From contig CBDBCZ010000016.1 in NCBI GenBank assembly GCA_965203295.1, forward strand, positions 1,248,001 through 1,312,000: DNA of 64,000 nt. Reading direction: 5' to 3'. This stretch comes from Nitrospirales bacterium (GTDB lineage: Bacteria > Nitrospirota > Nitrospiria > Nitrospirales > UBA8639). Under the pieces are notes generated by a model. The model had not been told where the DNA came from and made no database searches. It saw only the letters and a list, made by a program, of their open reading frames with translations. The translations under genes were made by a program, and so were the position numbers. This document shows positions 22,691-35,425 of this stretch, piece by piece. Position 1 is the stretch's first letter; each line of letters opens with the position of its first letter.

Positions 22691-24538
22691 ATGGTTTACT
22701 TCGTTGTTGTAGCCGCAACTCTACACCTTCTAAGTAGTCTGGTAGCCGTGGAGTGTGATACTACTCAGTGTACCAGCAAGAAGAGCTGCAACTTTGGAAT
22801 TACAACCAATCAAGTGCCCAGTGAAGTGGACAGTAACACCAGTTGCGAGAACACCTGGTTCTTTCCAGCCCCCGATGATGACCATACCTGTGAGTGTGGT
22901 AGTACTGTAGGGAATAAAGTGAGATGCAACAATGCCACCAAGGAAGTGGATATTCTTGACTGCTACTGCATGACATACAGCGAGGACGACCACTCAACAG
23001 TGCTTGGAAAATGTGTGTATGGTTGTAGTCATAAATCAAGTTACCACTCTCTCCCGTCCAACATTTCTCAGCTGAATGAACAGGTTTGTGGATTTCTTAA
23101 TCGTGAAGGTCAATTGTGTGGTAGATGCAAAGACGGTTTCGCACCAGCAGTATACTCCTACAGTTTAAGTTGTGTAGAGTGCAAGGATTATCACTATAAC
23201 TGGGTGAAGTATGCAGTGGTTTCATTATTACCCCTGACTGTGTTCTTTTTTGTTATCACACTTACTAGAATTAAACTACTTTCGGGTGCATGGTCTGGTT
23301 ACATTTTGATCAGTCAAGTACTGTCAACACCTCTTCTCATGCGTGTATTTCAGCTACATCACAACACATTCCACTTCACTCAAGGTTTTCTTAGTATACC
23401 TTATGGTGTCTCAAATCTCGATTTTTTTCGTCTTTTATATCCACCTTTTTGCCTACATCCTCACATGTCCACCATCCAGGCTTTAGCATTGGACTACATT
23501 ACAGCTGCTTATCCCCTGGTCCTAATTGTAATCACTTACTTTCTGGTTGTACTGTACGACAGCAATGTAAGGGTAATTGTGTGGCTATGGAAGCCCTTTC
23601 ATTACTGCTCTGTTCGTTTTAGAAGAAACTGGAGTATTAAAAGTTCGTTAGTCGATTCCTTTGCTACCTTCATTATTTTATCCTACACGAAATTTTTGGA
23701 TGTATCTATCAATCTTTTGATTCCAGTTCGTCTTTTTAATATTCATGGGAAGTCAGTCGGTCTGTATCTTTTTTATGATGCCACAGTTAAGTATTTCAGC
23801 AAACAGCACCTTCCATATGCATTCCTGGTCCTTGGAGTATTCCTGACTTTTAATGTGTTCCCAGTCTTACTGTTGAGCTTGTATCCCTGTCAATGTTTTC
23901 AGAAATGCTTGAATCGCTGCAGGCTTAGTAACTGTCAGGCACTGCATATATTCATGGACGCCTTTCAAGGTTGCTACAAGGATGGAACAAATGGTACAAA
24001 AGATTGTAGGTGGTATGCAGCAGCGCACTTGTGGGCTCGAATTGCATTTTTCATTGTCAGTGCAATATCTCTTTTAGGTTTATGGATACCTTTTGTAGCA
24101 TTTGGATTTCTCATTATGCTGATTTTAGTTACTGTTTTCCATCCCTACAAGTCTCCTGCTTTTAACACTGTTGAAACAATCTTATTTTTTGTAATGGTCT
24201 TCATACTTGTATCAGCCATGGCACATATTATATCGGACTATATAGTCCACGACTTCCAGAAAATGTTGGATGTATTTAGTAGCATTTTCGCGATTGTTCC
24301 ATTCATATATGTACTGGCAGTCTTGCTGTACAGGCTGCTATTCCATAGCCACTGTGTACAAACAGTCTACCGAAAGTTCAAGACTTGCCTACTATGCTAC
24401 TGCAAAGATTCAATTACTCACGCAGACTCACAAGAGTCACTGCCAGACAGAATGGCTTACGACCATCCAGAAGAAAACACAGCCCTACTACATGTGCCAG
24501 TGCAATCGGATAGCGAGTCTGAAGCTACTTATTATTAA
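22691..24538 (+). CDS. Cys-rich ectodomain multi-TM protein, copy 5 (B type, intact, 615 aa)
   Basis: Single open frame with the same architecture and B-type diagnostics (FTQGFLSIP, SLLGLWIPFVAFGF). Confidence 0.9.
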   Translation: MVYFVVVAATLHLLSSLVAVECDTTQCTSKKSCNFGITTNQVPSEVDSNTSCENTWFFPAPDDDHTCECGSTVGNKVRCNNATKEVDILDCYCMTYSEDDHSTVLGKCVYGCSHKSSYHSLPSNISQLNEQVCGFLNREGQLCGRCKDGFAPAVYSYSLSCVECKDYHYNWVKYAVVSLLPLTVFFFVITLTRIKLLSGAWSGYILISQVLSTPLLMRVFQLHHNTFHFTQGFLSIPYGVSNLDFFRLLYPPFCLHPHMSTIQALALDYITAAYPLVLIVITYFLVVLYDSNVRVIVWLWKPFHYCSVRFRRNWSIKSSLVDSFATFIILSYTKFLDVSINLLIPVRLFNIHGKSVGLYLFYDATVKYFSKQHLPYAFLVLGVFLTFNVFPVLLLSLYPCQCFQKCLNRCRLSNCQALHIFMDAFQGCYKDGTNGTKDCRWYAAAHLWARIAFFIVSAISLLGLWIPFVAFGFLIMLILVTVFHPYKSPAFNTVETILFFVMVFILVSAMAHIISDYIVHDFQKMLDVFSSIFAIVPFIYVLAVLLYRLLFHSHCVQTVYRKFKTCLLCYCKDSITHADSQESLPDRMAYDHPEENTALLHVPVQSDSESEATYY

Positions 24539-26254
24539 CTTGGACGGAGCCTGAAGAACAAGATAGCAATATATACAGGAGCCGTAAAGCTCGTTGCGAT
24601 TGCATACTTGTTAGTGTATTCACATTTACTTTAGTTATTTGACTGTATGCATATTGTGTCGTCTTGATTGCTACATGTACATGCCATTTTCTGTTGCTGT
24701 AACTATTTAATGCAATTGAATGTAATAAAGTGTTCAGTGTGTCTGAGTATAAAATATGCAAAAACGACAACCACAAGTCCATTGTAACGTACCTCAGCCT
24801 GATTATTAACATGCATAAATATTTAAATCAACACTCATGCTGTGACTCGCATATGATCACATCTTTCTGTAGCCAGTATAATACAAAGCAGATATCTGGT
24901 ATGCTGCACCCTAGGCCTGTTCATAATGAGAACGCACTCGCTACATTTAGTAACTTTTCGCATATTTTACTTCACTATAGTAAAAAGGTATAGTCTTTTC
25001 TCCATTGAGCATAGGAAACAGAAATGTGCATATATTAAATGGCTTAAAACATGACAGCTCTAGCCTCCTTCCCAGGCTCCACCCACAAGCTTTTCATCAC
25101 ACCGTGTATAAAAAAAGAGTGTGACGGAAAGCTAGGGGAGCGGAGCCTGAGAACAAAACAAAGACAGCTCTATGTTCTATTATATTAGCCTCGTTCCCAG
25201 GCTCTAAAGCTTGTCAGTAGAGCCTGGGAACGAGGCTATCATATAAAGACTAAGCTATACGTGGGCATACACAGTAGCAGGGCAAAATTGTCATCTTAAT
25301 CATTATCATTCATAAGTGTTTGTCTAGCCTCACTCCCGATCTCCACAGGCTGCTCTACTTTGCATGTTGGGAAAAGGTGGCAGTGGAGACTGGGAACGAA
25401 GCTAGAAATAAACATCTAACTACAGTCATGTTTTTTTTTAATTGCTGAGATGGTACACATTAATGTTTACTACATGGATATTCAGTTTCTTTTGATTGGT
25501 GTTCAGTATGGCTGATGACAACTATACATAAAAAGCCATTAGCAATACAGCAACGTTAACCACAATTGCACAGTAAATCCCTTCCTCAGCAGCTTGCCAC
25601 TAACAATGAGTAGTTTCAACAATCATACTTCGGCCTAATTAACATGCCTAAGTACTGAGTCATTGCTCAGTGCTTTCCCAGACAGGAGAACTGGAGACTA
25701 GTGTCACTGAAGAACTACCACTCTGCCCCTCACCTGGCACAGCTGCTGCTCAGGGTGGTATATCTTTGAGTGCTGGCTGTAGATAGATAGATGTGATTGG
25801 TATATGTATAGAGTCATAGTCTTGTGTGCCAGTATCTTGGGAAGACTGGCACTTGAAGTCCTGGGGTAATTAGTGGGGGACCAGGGAGTGGTATTTGACT
25901 GACCTCTTTCCCAGGCTTCCCCCACGTGCACTCGCGAACTGTTCATCTTCACGAATGCATGTTGGGGAGTGGGGGGAGCCTGGGAACGAGGTTAGCTACA
26001 ACAATAATGTCTGTTTGCATGCCTAATCCAAGCTACACTTAGTACAGGTGTTAACCTAGCCCCGCACCTGGGTACGAGGCAAATGTTGGCCCTCTGGGTG
26101 CAGTACCCACTTTCATACGTCTTGTATGTAGTCAGCAAATGTTTACACAACCCTACCGTGGTATGCATAACTAGTTAGGGCCTTTATTCCACCTACAATA
26201 CCGGTATGCGGGTTTGAATCCAGCGCATGTCCAAATTTGTTTACACACTGAGGT

Positions 26255-26820
26255 CAGGGTTCTATCTAGGATTTTGAGTTTGGGGGAGAAGATCAGGCTT
26301 GAAATTGATGGTGGGAGGGGGGGCTGCGACCACAGGCCGGAGTTTTGTAGGGGGGTTTGGGGGCATGCTCCCCCAGAAAAAAATTGTAATTTTGAGCCTT
26401 GTGAGAGTGGTTCTGAGGTATTCTAAGACAGTTTTGAGGTCCTGGTAGCTGTGGTATTACAGACACATTCTTAGCTAGTGTACCATACATTGCAAGTAAG
26501 TCCTTTAAAGATTGCAAGTAAGTCAAAGTTTCCCTTGCCGAAAATCATCTAGTGTAGTACGTGAACCAAAGTAAAAGAAGTGTTATTAATTAACCAAATG
26601 GGGGAAGCAGTAGCAAAAACATGACATGAGTGTGAAGAAGACATACTCAAGTGGACACTGGAAGTAGCATATGAATAAAGTTATCATGTTCTCACTGTAT
26701 GTTGCAGTTCTTGACACTACTTTCACTTAATTAAATTTAATTGCCAGAAATTTTGGGGGGGAAGCTGGAGTGTTTGGGGGGGAACCTCCCCCCCCGCCCC
26801 CCCCAGTAGATAGAACCCTG
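26255..26820. mobile_element. 566-bp non-autonomous hAT-like element with a 5-bp TSD (GAGGT)
   Basis: gaggt|cagggttctatcta...tagatagaaccctg|gaggt, with a 14-bp perfect TIR and G/C-run subterminal regions. It is absent at the paralogous sites near 13363 and 37125 (actgaagttatta). Confidence 0.9.
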
Positions 26821-28640
26821 GAGGTTATTATTTGATTAGGGTGAATGACACATACACTCACTCAGGCTGCCCCACAATACCTTGCTTTTGACTAGTACAT
26901 ATTTAGTGATTAATGGTCTCATCAGTAAGGCCCAAATTTTTTTAACGTATGCACTCACCTTTGTAATCTGCTCCACTCTCTTCAACAGACAATTGCAGTT
27001 AGTCGCATCGCTGCAGCAGGAATACAAATGTGTTGCACAGATCCCAAAATCACACACAAGCACTGAGAGACATGGATGAGAAGGCAAAAAAAAAATCTGA
27101 TAGCTAGCTAAAGTGCAGCTGATGCTTACACCATTTAAATTTTGTAAGGATTGTAATCCGTAAAAGTTCTGTGGTGTAGCTAATTCATATCTTGTTTGGT
27201 AATATTTTTTTGCGATTCCATCCCTACGTGCTTTTTCATTATTAGCAATATTGTCAGTGAATTGTTAGCCTCAGAACTTCGGCACGTATGCATAGGTCTA
27301 CGATGATTTGAAGGGCTGAGAACCAGAATGGTCTAACCCCTTCCCAAACTTGAGAACACTCTTAAAATGTGTTTCAGGAGCTGGTCAAGATGAAATTTTT
27401 GGTGATAGGATATCCACATTTTCCTTCATTTTTGTGCAATTTTCAGTACTTAATTTTGGGTTACACCACTATGGTTCTCAGCCCTTCATTTGTTCTTAGA
27501 ATGTTCAGCTGTGAAGGAAACTCATGAATAATTCATATCAGTACCCTACATACAACTCATATACTCAATAATGAACTCCCACAACCTCATGCATACTACT
27601 GCATGCATGTGACGTACAGTACATGTATAGCGAGAATATTTGGCGAACATTAAATTTGGCGAAAAACGTCGCGAATTTTAAATTTGGCGCCGACGTAGCC
27701 TTCTAACAAGCTTATCTTACGATCCAGCAGCTTGGAGACGGACGTAGAAGCCTTTCGCGCTTCACTGATTCTCAACGACATATTTCCTAATCCGTCTCCC
27801 GTGCGTATGCGGCGGCGTTAAGGGATTGGTTCTGTTTGTCCACTCAAAAATCGGGCTATCTCGCGATTTACAGGGTTAAGCGATTGTCAAACCCGACAGT
27901 AACATTGAAATCTAAAAAAAGTCAATTTATGTGTACCTGATAGCGACCAAAGCGATTTCTATTCTCCGTATTTCCAGCTCTCTCTTGTTCAATACGGTAA
28001 AATCCGTCATTTTAATACGGTCAAGAACTGGAATACGACAGAGGGCGGGCATATGCGGTTTCAGGACACGGGGTTCATACCGGAGTATACCATAGATAAT
28101 ATAGCCATACCTTAGGCTATTATCTATGAGTATACGTAGAGAGGCGTCCGTGTCATTTATACGGCAATCGGTCACGCCCTTAGCTTGAATGCGGCACGAG
28201 CACGCGGTAAACGAGCCTTGCAAGCATAGATACTATACTAACTATAGTTCAAGCTAGTCCACGAGGCCAGGCAAGTCTACAGTCCAAGGGTCCCATTTGT
28301 AAAAAAAAAATGTAGCGCGGGTATGTCTCTGCTAGAGACTTCTAGTTACGACGTGTATCTTACTTGCTTCAAGGTCACACACTCACACGCTTCGGGTTTA
28401 AGTCTCGAGATAGAATGCGCTTTACAACCTTGTTTGCCTCAAGTTCGATGGAGAGGGGAATCGCCATACGATCGCGCGTGGGTGATTACATCACGCTTTA
28501 TTATTGGCGAGGAATTTAATTTGGCCAATTAAAGTCCTCGCCGCTATACGGCATTCTATGATTGTGCACAAACTGTAGCAAAAGTTATCAGTCTGATTGA
28601 TCAAACCTGGCACTACTGCTCCTCAGTCTTTGCAGGCATA

Positions 28641-30485
28641 ATGGACTTCGTTGTTGTAGCAGCAATTATTCTACACCTTCTAAGTAGTCTGGTAGTCGTG
28701 GAGTGTGATACTACCCAGTGTACCAGCAAGGAGAGCTGCAACTTTGGAATTACAACCAATCAAGTGTCCAGTGAAGTGGACAGTTGCGAGAACACCTGGT
28801 TCCTTCTAGCCCCCGATGATGACCATACCTGTGAGTGTGGTAGTACTGTAGGGAGTAAAGTGAGATGCGACAATGCCACCAAGGAAGTGGATATTCTTGA
28901 CTGCTACTGCATGACATACAGCGAGGACGACCACTCAACAGTGCTTGGACAGTGTGTGTATGGTTGTAGTCATAAATCAAGTTACCACTCTCTCCCGTCC
29001 AACATTTCTCAGCTGAATGAAGAGGTTTGTGGATGGCTTTATCGTGATGGTCAATTGTGTGGCAAATGCAAAGACGGTTTTGCACCAGCAGTATATTCCT
29101 ACAGTTTAAGTTGTGTAGAGTGCAAGGATTATCACTATAATTGGGTAAAGTACGCAGTGGTTTCATTATTACCCCTGACTGTGTTCTTTTTTGTTATCAC
29201 ATTTACTAGGATTAAACTACTTTCGGGTGCATGGTCTGGTTACATTTTGATCAGTCAAGTACTGTCAACACCTCTTCTAATGCGTGTATATCAGCTACAT
29301 CAGGATCACAACACATTCCACTTCACTCTAGGTATTCTTAGTGTACCTTATGGTGTCTCAAATCTCGATTTTTTTCGTCTTCTATACCCACCATTTTGCC
29401 TACATCCTCACATGTCCACCATCCAGGCTTTAGCATTGGACTACATTACAGCTGCTTATCCCCTGGCCCTAATTGTAATCACTTATTTTCTGGTTGTACT
29501 GTACGACAACAATGTAAGGGTAATTGTGTGGCTATGGAAGCCCTTTAATTACTGCTCTGTTCGTTTTAGAAGGAACTGGAATATCAAAAGTTCGTTAGTC
29601 GATTCTTTTGCTACCTTCATTATTTTATCTTACATGAAATTTTTGGACGTATCTATCAATCTTTTGATTCCAGTTCGTCTTTTTAATATTCATGGGAAGT
29701 CAGTTGGGATATATCTTTTTTATGATGCCACAGTTAAGTATTTCAGCAAAGAGCACCTTCCATATGCATTCCTGGCGCTTGGAGTATTCTTGACTTTCAA
29801 TGTTTTCCCAGTCTTACTGTTGAGCTTGTATCCCTGTCAATGTTTTCAGAAATGCATAAACCGCTGCAGGCTTAGTAACTGTCAGGCACTACATATATTT
29901 ATGGACGCCTTTCAAGGTTGCTACAAGAATGGAACAAATGGTACAAAAGATTGTAGGTGGTATGCAGCAGTGTACTTGTGGGTTCGAATTGCATTTTTCA
30001 TTGTGAGTGCAGTAGCTCTTTCAGATTTATGGTTACCTTTTGTTACATTTGTTCACCTCATTATGCTGATTCTAGTTACTGTATTCCATCCCTACAAGTC
30101 TGCTACTTTCAACACTGTTGAAACAATTTTATTTTTTGTATTGGCTTTCATACTTGTATCAGCCATGGCACATGTTATATCGGACTATATAGTCCATCAC
30201 TTCCAGAAAATGTTGGATGTAATTGGTAGCATTTTCGCGATTGTTCCATTCATATATGTACTGGCAGTCTTGCTGTACAGGCTGCTATTCCATAGCCACC
30301 GTGTGCAAACAGTCTACCGAAAGTTCAAGACTTGGCTATTGTACTACTGCAAAGATTCAATTACTCACGCAGACTCACAGGAGTCACTGCCAGACAGAAT
30401 AGCTTATGACCATCCAGAAGAGAACACAGCCCTACTACCTGTGCCGATGCAATCGGATAGCAATTCTGAGGCTACTTATTATTAA
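28641..30485 (+). CDS. Cys-rich ectodomain multi-TM protein, copy 6 (A type, intact, 614 aa)
   Basis: Single open frame, near-identical to copies 2 and 4. Confidence 0.9.
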   Translation: MDFVVVAAIILHLLSSLVVVECDTTQCTSKESCNFGITTNQVSSEVDSCENTWFLLAPDDDHTCECGSTVGSKVRCDNATKEVDILDCYCMTYSEDDHSTVLGQCVYGCSHKSSYHSLPSNISQLNEEVCGWLYRDGQLCGKCKDGFAPAVYSYSLSCVECKDYHYNWVKYAVVSLLPLTVFFFVITFTRIKLLSGAWSGYILISQVLSTPLLMRVYQLHQDHNTFHFTLGILSVPYGVSNLDFFRLLYPPFCLHPHMSTIQALALDYITAAYPLALIVITYFLVVLYDNNVRVIVWLWKPFNYCSVRFRRNWNIKSSLVDSFATFIILSYMKFLDVSINLLIPVRLFNIHGKSVGIYLFYDATVKYFSKEHLPYAFLALGVFLTFNVFPVLLLSLYPCQCFQKCINRCRLSNCQALHIFMDAFQGCYKNGTNGTKDCRWYAAVYLWVRIAFFIVSAVALSDLWLPFVTFVHLIMLILVTVFHPYKSATFNTVETILFFVLAFILVSAMAHVISDYIVHHFQKMLDVIGSIFAIVPFIYVLAVLLYRLLFHSHRVQTVYRKFKTWLLYYCKDSITHADSQESLPDRIAYDHPEENTALLPVPMQSDSNSEATYY

Positions 30486-31865
30486 CTTGGACAGAGGCTG
30501 AAAGAACAAGATAACGATATACAAAGGAGTCGTAAACGTGTTGTGATTCTGATATACTTGAATGAATGTTAGTGTATTTACATCCACATAGTTATAGTTA
30601 TCTGAATGTATATGCTATTTCCTGTTTCTGTTACCAATGAATGACATTGTAGTAAAGTGTTCAGTGTGTCTGAGAACAAACTATGCATAAACAGCAACCA
30701 CACTTACTACATTCTTCAATATGCAGCTCATGCAGAACATGATAACAATAATATAAAGGAGCCTTAAACTTGTTGTGATTGTGATATAGCTACTTGAATG
30801 AATGTTAGTGTATTTACATCCACATAGTATTAATTATCTGACTGTATTGTTTTATCTTGATTGCTAAATGTATATGATATTTTCTGTTTTTGTTACCATT
30901 GAATGACATTGTAGTAATGTGTTCAGTGTATCTGAGAACAAACTATTCATAAACAGCAACTACAAGTGCATTGTAAAATTACCTCCGAACCTTAATGCAT
31001 TCTTCAGTTTGCAGCCCACCACTACCGGAATTTGCAGAATCTTTGCAACACTGTATAAGGCTCAGAACTCAGCATGATCCTTATATGGAAGGCACTGTTT
31101 ACTTTGATCCAAGAGTGACTTGTTAATCATTCATTCACCCACCCATTATTTTACTTAGCAGCTCCTGAGCTCAAGCCTACAGTGTTTCAAAGATTCTGCA
31201 AAGTTTTGTACCAATGATCTGTTTCAGCAATCATTACATGTACCTCAGCCTAGTTTGCAAGCATAAATAATCTCATGCAGTGACTCTCCATGCATGATAC
31301 ATGTATAATATTTGTAGTACTACAACAAAATTGCTATCTTAAATATTATCGTTTTTGAGTGGAAACTTAAAGGAATAAACTAGCGTTGTTCCCAGAATCC
31401 ACTGCCAGCATTTTTTTGCACATTGGAATATTTCTTGTCTCTGCAGTTAAGGCAATTAATAACACACAAGCGGGAATGTTTTCATGTTGTAAAGAATCCC
31501 AACTAAAATTCATGTGGAGCCATACATGTACATATACTGCTATATGCATAGCCTGTACATGTAGCAGAAATCATTAGTCTGAGTGTACAAACCTGGCACT
31601 ACTCCCTTTGAACAACAGAAGGTTTCCTGTTCTGCGTCAGGGGAAACCTCAAAGGAAATACATGACAGAATTTTGATAGGAACCACAAGGAAACACGAAG
31701 ACATAGCATGTTTCTCTAAATGACATTGGAGACATGCAGTGTCTTCATTTCCTTGAGGATCCTATCAAAACTCTGTTGTATTTCCTTACAAGTTTCCCTC
31801 GATGCAGAGCAGGAAGCTCTTGTTTATCACAGTAACTGCTCCTCAGCAATCATTTTGCAGGAATA

Positions 31866-31977
31866 ATGGTTTACTTCGTTGTTGTAGCAGCTACTCTACA
31901 CCTTCTAAGTAGTCTGGTGGCCGTGGAGTGTGATACTACCCAGTGTACCAGCAAGGAGAGCTGCAACTTTGGAATTA
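31866..31977 (+). pseudogene. 5' stub of an array gene
   Basis: Same breakpoint as 8110-8221. Confidence 0.75.
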
Positions 31978-33577
31978 TGCATTCCACTGTGTTAGGAGTA
32001 TTAGTTAGAATAATGCATGAAAATGTGCAAGTGTGAGAGCTCTGTTTGATTGTGGGAATCTTGTGGATTTGTGCAGCTTTACTCAGTCCCATCTACTTTC
32101 AGGAATGTACCAAACTATAACTCACTACATGTATAATGAGTGTATTAAATCAGTCTGCTCACCCAGATCATGTAGTACTTGACCTCACACCAAAACAAAT
32201 CCCAGTATGGGGCAAGTATGTGTGGACATACATGAAAAACACCCTACTGGCTATTACTCTACTCTCTGTATCTCCTAATCCCATGGCAGTCCCAAAATTA
32301 AAATAATACCATCTCAACATGAAGATTTAGAGAACATTTGGAAAAAAATTAAAACAATTGAAGAATCCGTTTTTCAAGGGGGCAAAGGTCAAGTATATAA
32401 ACCATGATCTTTGACCTCAACATAATCAAATTATCACTTGCAATATATCAGCTGAAAGGGTATCTACTAAGGTACAAGATGGTACAATTTTCATCTTGCA
32501 CAGACAATCGTAGTAATAGTTATGGTCAATTATGTAGAGGCAGGTAGCCGAAAATTTGATGAAAAATTGAGTTTTTGGCTGGCTGTAACACAGAAGCCGT
32601 ACAACATGTGAGGCTAATAATCACTGTGAATTAATAACTTCACATAGGGTACATATGTACCAAGTTTCGTGGAAATCTGAGGGGGTCGTCATTTTTTTGT
32701 GTTGATTTGGCATGGAATTACCCATCTACAAGGTATTTTTTTGACTGTATGTATATATTGTCTTGATGTATGTATCACTGCAAAATTGAAAGGGTAGTTT
32801 TTAAACCTTATCTCAGTTGCAGCTGCATTACCAAACTTGCAGCTTTACTGCAGGAAGCCAATAACAATGGGAATTCGAAAATGAATGCACTAACTAATTG
32901 TTTATGGTATTTTGATAAGAGAAACTGAATCCTTGGAATAACTATAGGAGTGCTGCAGAATCTAATCCCTGTTACTAAATACCATAAACAATCAGTAAGT
33001 TCTTTCTTCTGTAAGGATCGAGACGAAAACTCAGCACTCCTATTATCATTTCAAGGATTCAGTTGCTCTGACCAAATATCGTAAAGAATTAGCATGTGTA
33101 TTCATTTCGAATACTGGCTTCCTGCGGTAGGAGTTAGGCCTCAATAGTTACGTACTTACTTAACGTTTCATTAATTATCGTTTCTAAAGTCGTTTCATTA
33201 AAAGTCGTTTCTCAACAAACGAAGGAATTTACATCTATAGAGGTACACATAAATGGAATTAAAGACAAAACTCCTAAATTTTACCCTCGATATACTTTCA
33301 ATTAGCCTCATGTAAATGTTAATTACGCATATAATAAATGCTTAAACTTTGGGCACTCCCTCTAGGACAGTTATGACAATTGTGCATGGTTACCTTAATA
33401 GAAATAATATATACTTTTATGCAGATAAAATACTTCCAGGTTAATGAAATGTTAAATTTCATAAGGACGTAACTAATGAGGCATAACTCCTACCCACATA
33501 TACTCAGACATCTGCAATTTGGGCAACCAGCTAGTAGGCATAAGTGACTGGTCCTCAGTAATAATTTTGCAGGAACA

Positions 33578-35425
33578 ATGGTTTACTTCATTGTTGTAGC
33601 AGCAATTCTATACCTTCTAAGAAGTCTGGTGGTCGTGGAGTGTGATACTACCCAGTGTACCAGCAAGGAGAGCTGCAACTTTGGAATTACAACCAATCAA
33701 GTGTCCAGTGAAGTGGACAGTAACACCAGTTGCGAGAACACCTGGTTCCTTCCAGCCCCCGATGATGACCATACCTGTGAGTGTGGTAGTACTGTAGGGA
33801 GTAAAGTGAGATGCAACAATGCCACCAAGGAAGTGGATATTCTTGACTGCTACTGCATGACATACAGCGAGGACGACCACTCAACAGTGCTTGGAAAATG
33901 TGTGTATGGTTGTAGTCATAAATCAAGTTACCACTCTCTCCCGTCCAACATTTCTCAGCTGAATGAACAGGTTTGTGGATTTCTTAATCGTGAAGGTCAA
34001 TTGTGTGGTAGATGCAAAGACGGTTTCGCACCAGCAGTATACTCCTACAGTTTAAGTTCTGTAGAGTGCAAGGATTATCATTATAATTGGGTGAAGTACG
34101 CAGTGGTTTCATTATTACCCCTAACTGTGTTCTTTTTTGTTATCACACTTACTAGAATTAAACTACTTTCGGGTGCATGGTCTGGTTACATTTTGATCAG
34201 TCAAGTACTGTCAACACCTCTTCTCATGCGTGTATTTCAGCTACATCACAACACATTCCACTTCACTCAAGGTTTTCTTAGTATACCTTATGGTGTCTCA
34301 AATCTCGATTTTTTTCGTCTTTTATATCCACCTTTTTGCCTACATCCTCACATGTCCACCATCCAGGCTTTAGCATTGGACTACATTACAGCTGCTTATC
34401 CCCTGGTCCTATTTGTAATCACTTACTTTCTGGTTGTACTGTACGACAGCAATGTAAGGGTAATTGTGTGGCTATGGAAGCCCTTTCATTACTGCTCTGT
34501 TCGTTTTAGAAGAAACTGGAGTATTAAAAGTTCGTTAGTCGATTCCTTTGCTACCTTCATTATTTTATCCTACACGAAATTTTTGGATGTATCTATCAAT
34601 CTTTTGATTCCAGTTCGTCTTTTTAATATTCATGGGAAGTCAGTCGGTCTGTATCTTTTTTATGATGCCACAGTTAAGTATTTCAGCAAACAGCACCTTC
34701 CATATGCATTCCTGGTCCTTGGAGTATTCCTGACTTTTAATGTGTTCCCAGCCGTACTGTTGAGCTTTGTATCCCTGTCAATGTTTTCACAAATGCTTGA
34801 ACCGCTGCAGGCTTAGTAACTGTCAGGCACTGCATATATTCATGGCGCCTTTCAAGGTTGCTACAAGGATGGAACAAATGGTACAAAAGATTGTAGGTGG
34901 TATGCAGCAGTGCACTTGTGGGCTCGAATTGCATGTTTCATTGTCAGTGCAATATCTCTTTTAGGTTTATGGATACCTTTTGTAGCATTTGGATTTCTCA
35001 TTATGCTGATTTTAGTTACTGTTTTCCATCCCTACAAGTCTCCTGCTTTTAACACTGTTGAAACAATCTTATTTTTTGTAATGGTCTTTATACTTGTATC
35101 AGCCATGGCACATATTATATCGGATTATATAGTCCATCGCTACCAGAAAATGTTGGATGTATTTAGTAGCATTTTTGCGATTGTTCCATTCATATATGTA
35201 CTGGCAGTCTTGCTGTACAGGCTGCTATTCCATAGCCACTGTGTACAGAAAGTCTACCGAAAGTTCAAGACTTGCTTACTGTGCTACTGCAAAGATTTAA
35301 TTGCTAACGCAGACTCGCAAGAGTCACTGCCGGACAGAATAGCTTACGACCATCCAGAAGAAAACACAGCCCTACTACATGTGCCAGTGCAATCGAATAG
35401 CGAGTCTGACGCTACTTATTATTAA
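33578..35425 (+). pseudogene. Cys-rich ectodomain multi-TM protein, copy 7 (B type, two frameshifts)
   Basis: A +1 T near 34768 (gagctttgtatcc) and a -1 near 34845 (catggcgcc versus catggacgcc), with a stop ending at 34816 between them. It also has a Cys->Ser change in CVEC. Confidence 0.75.
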
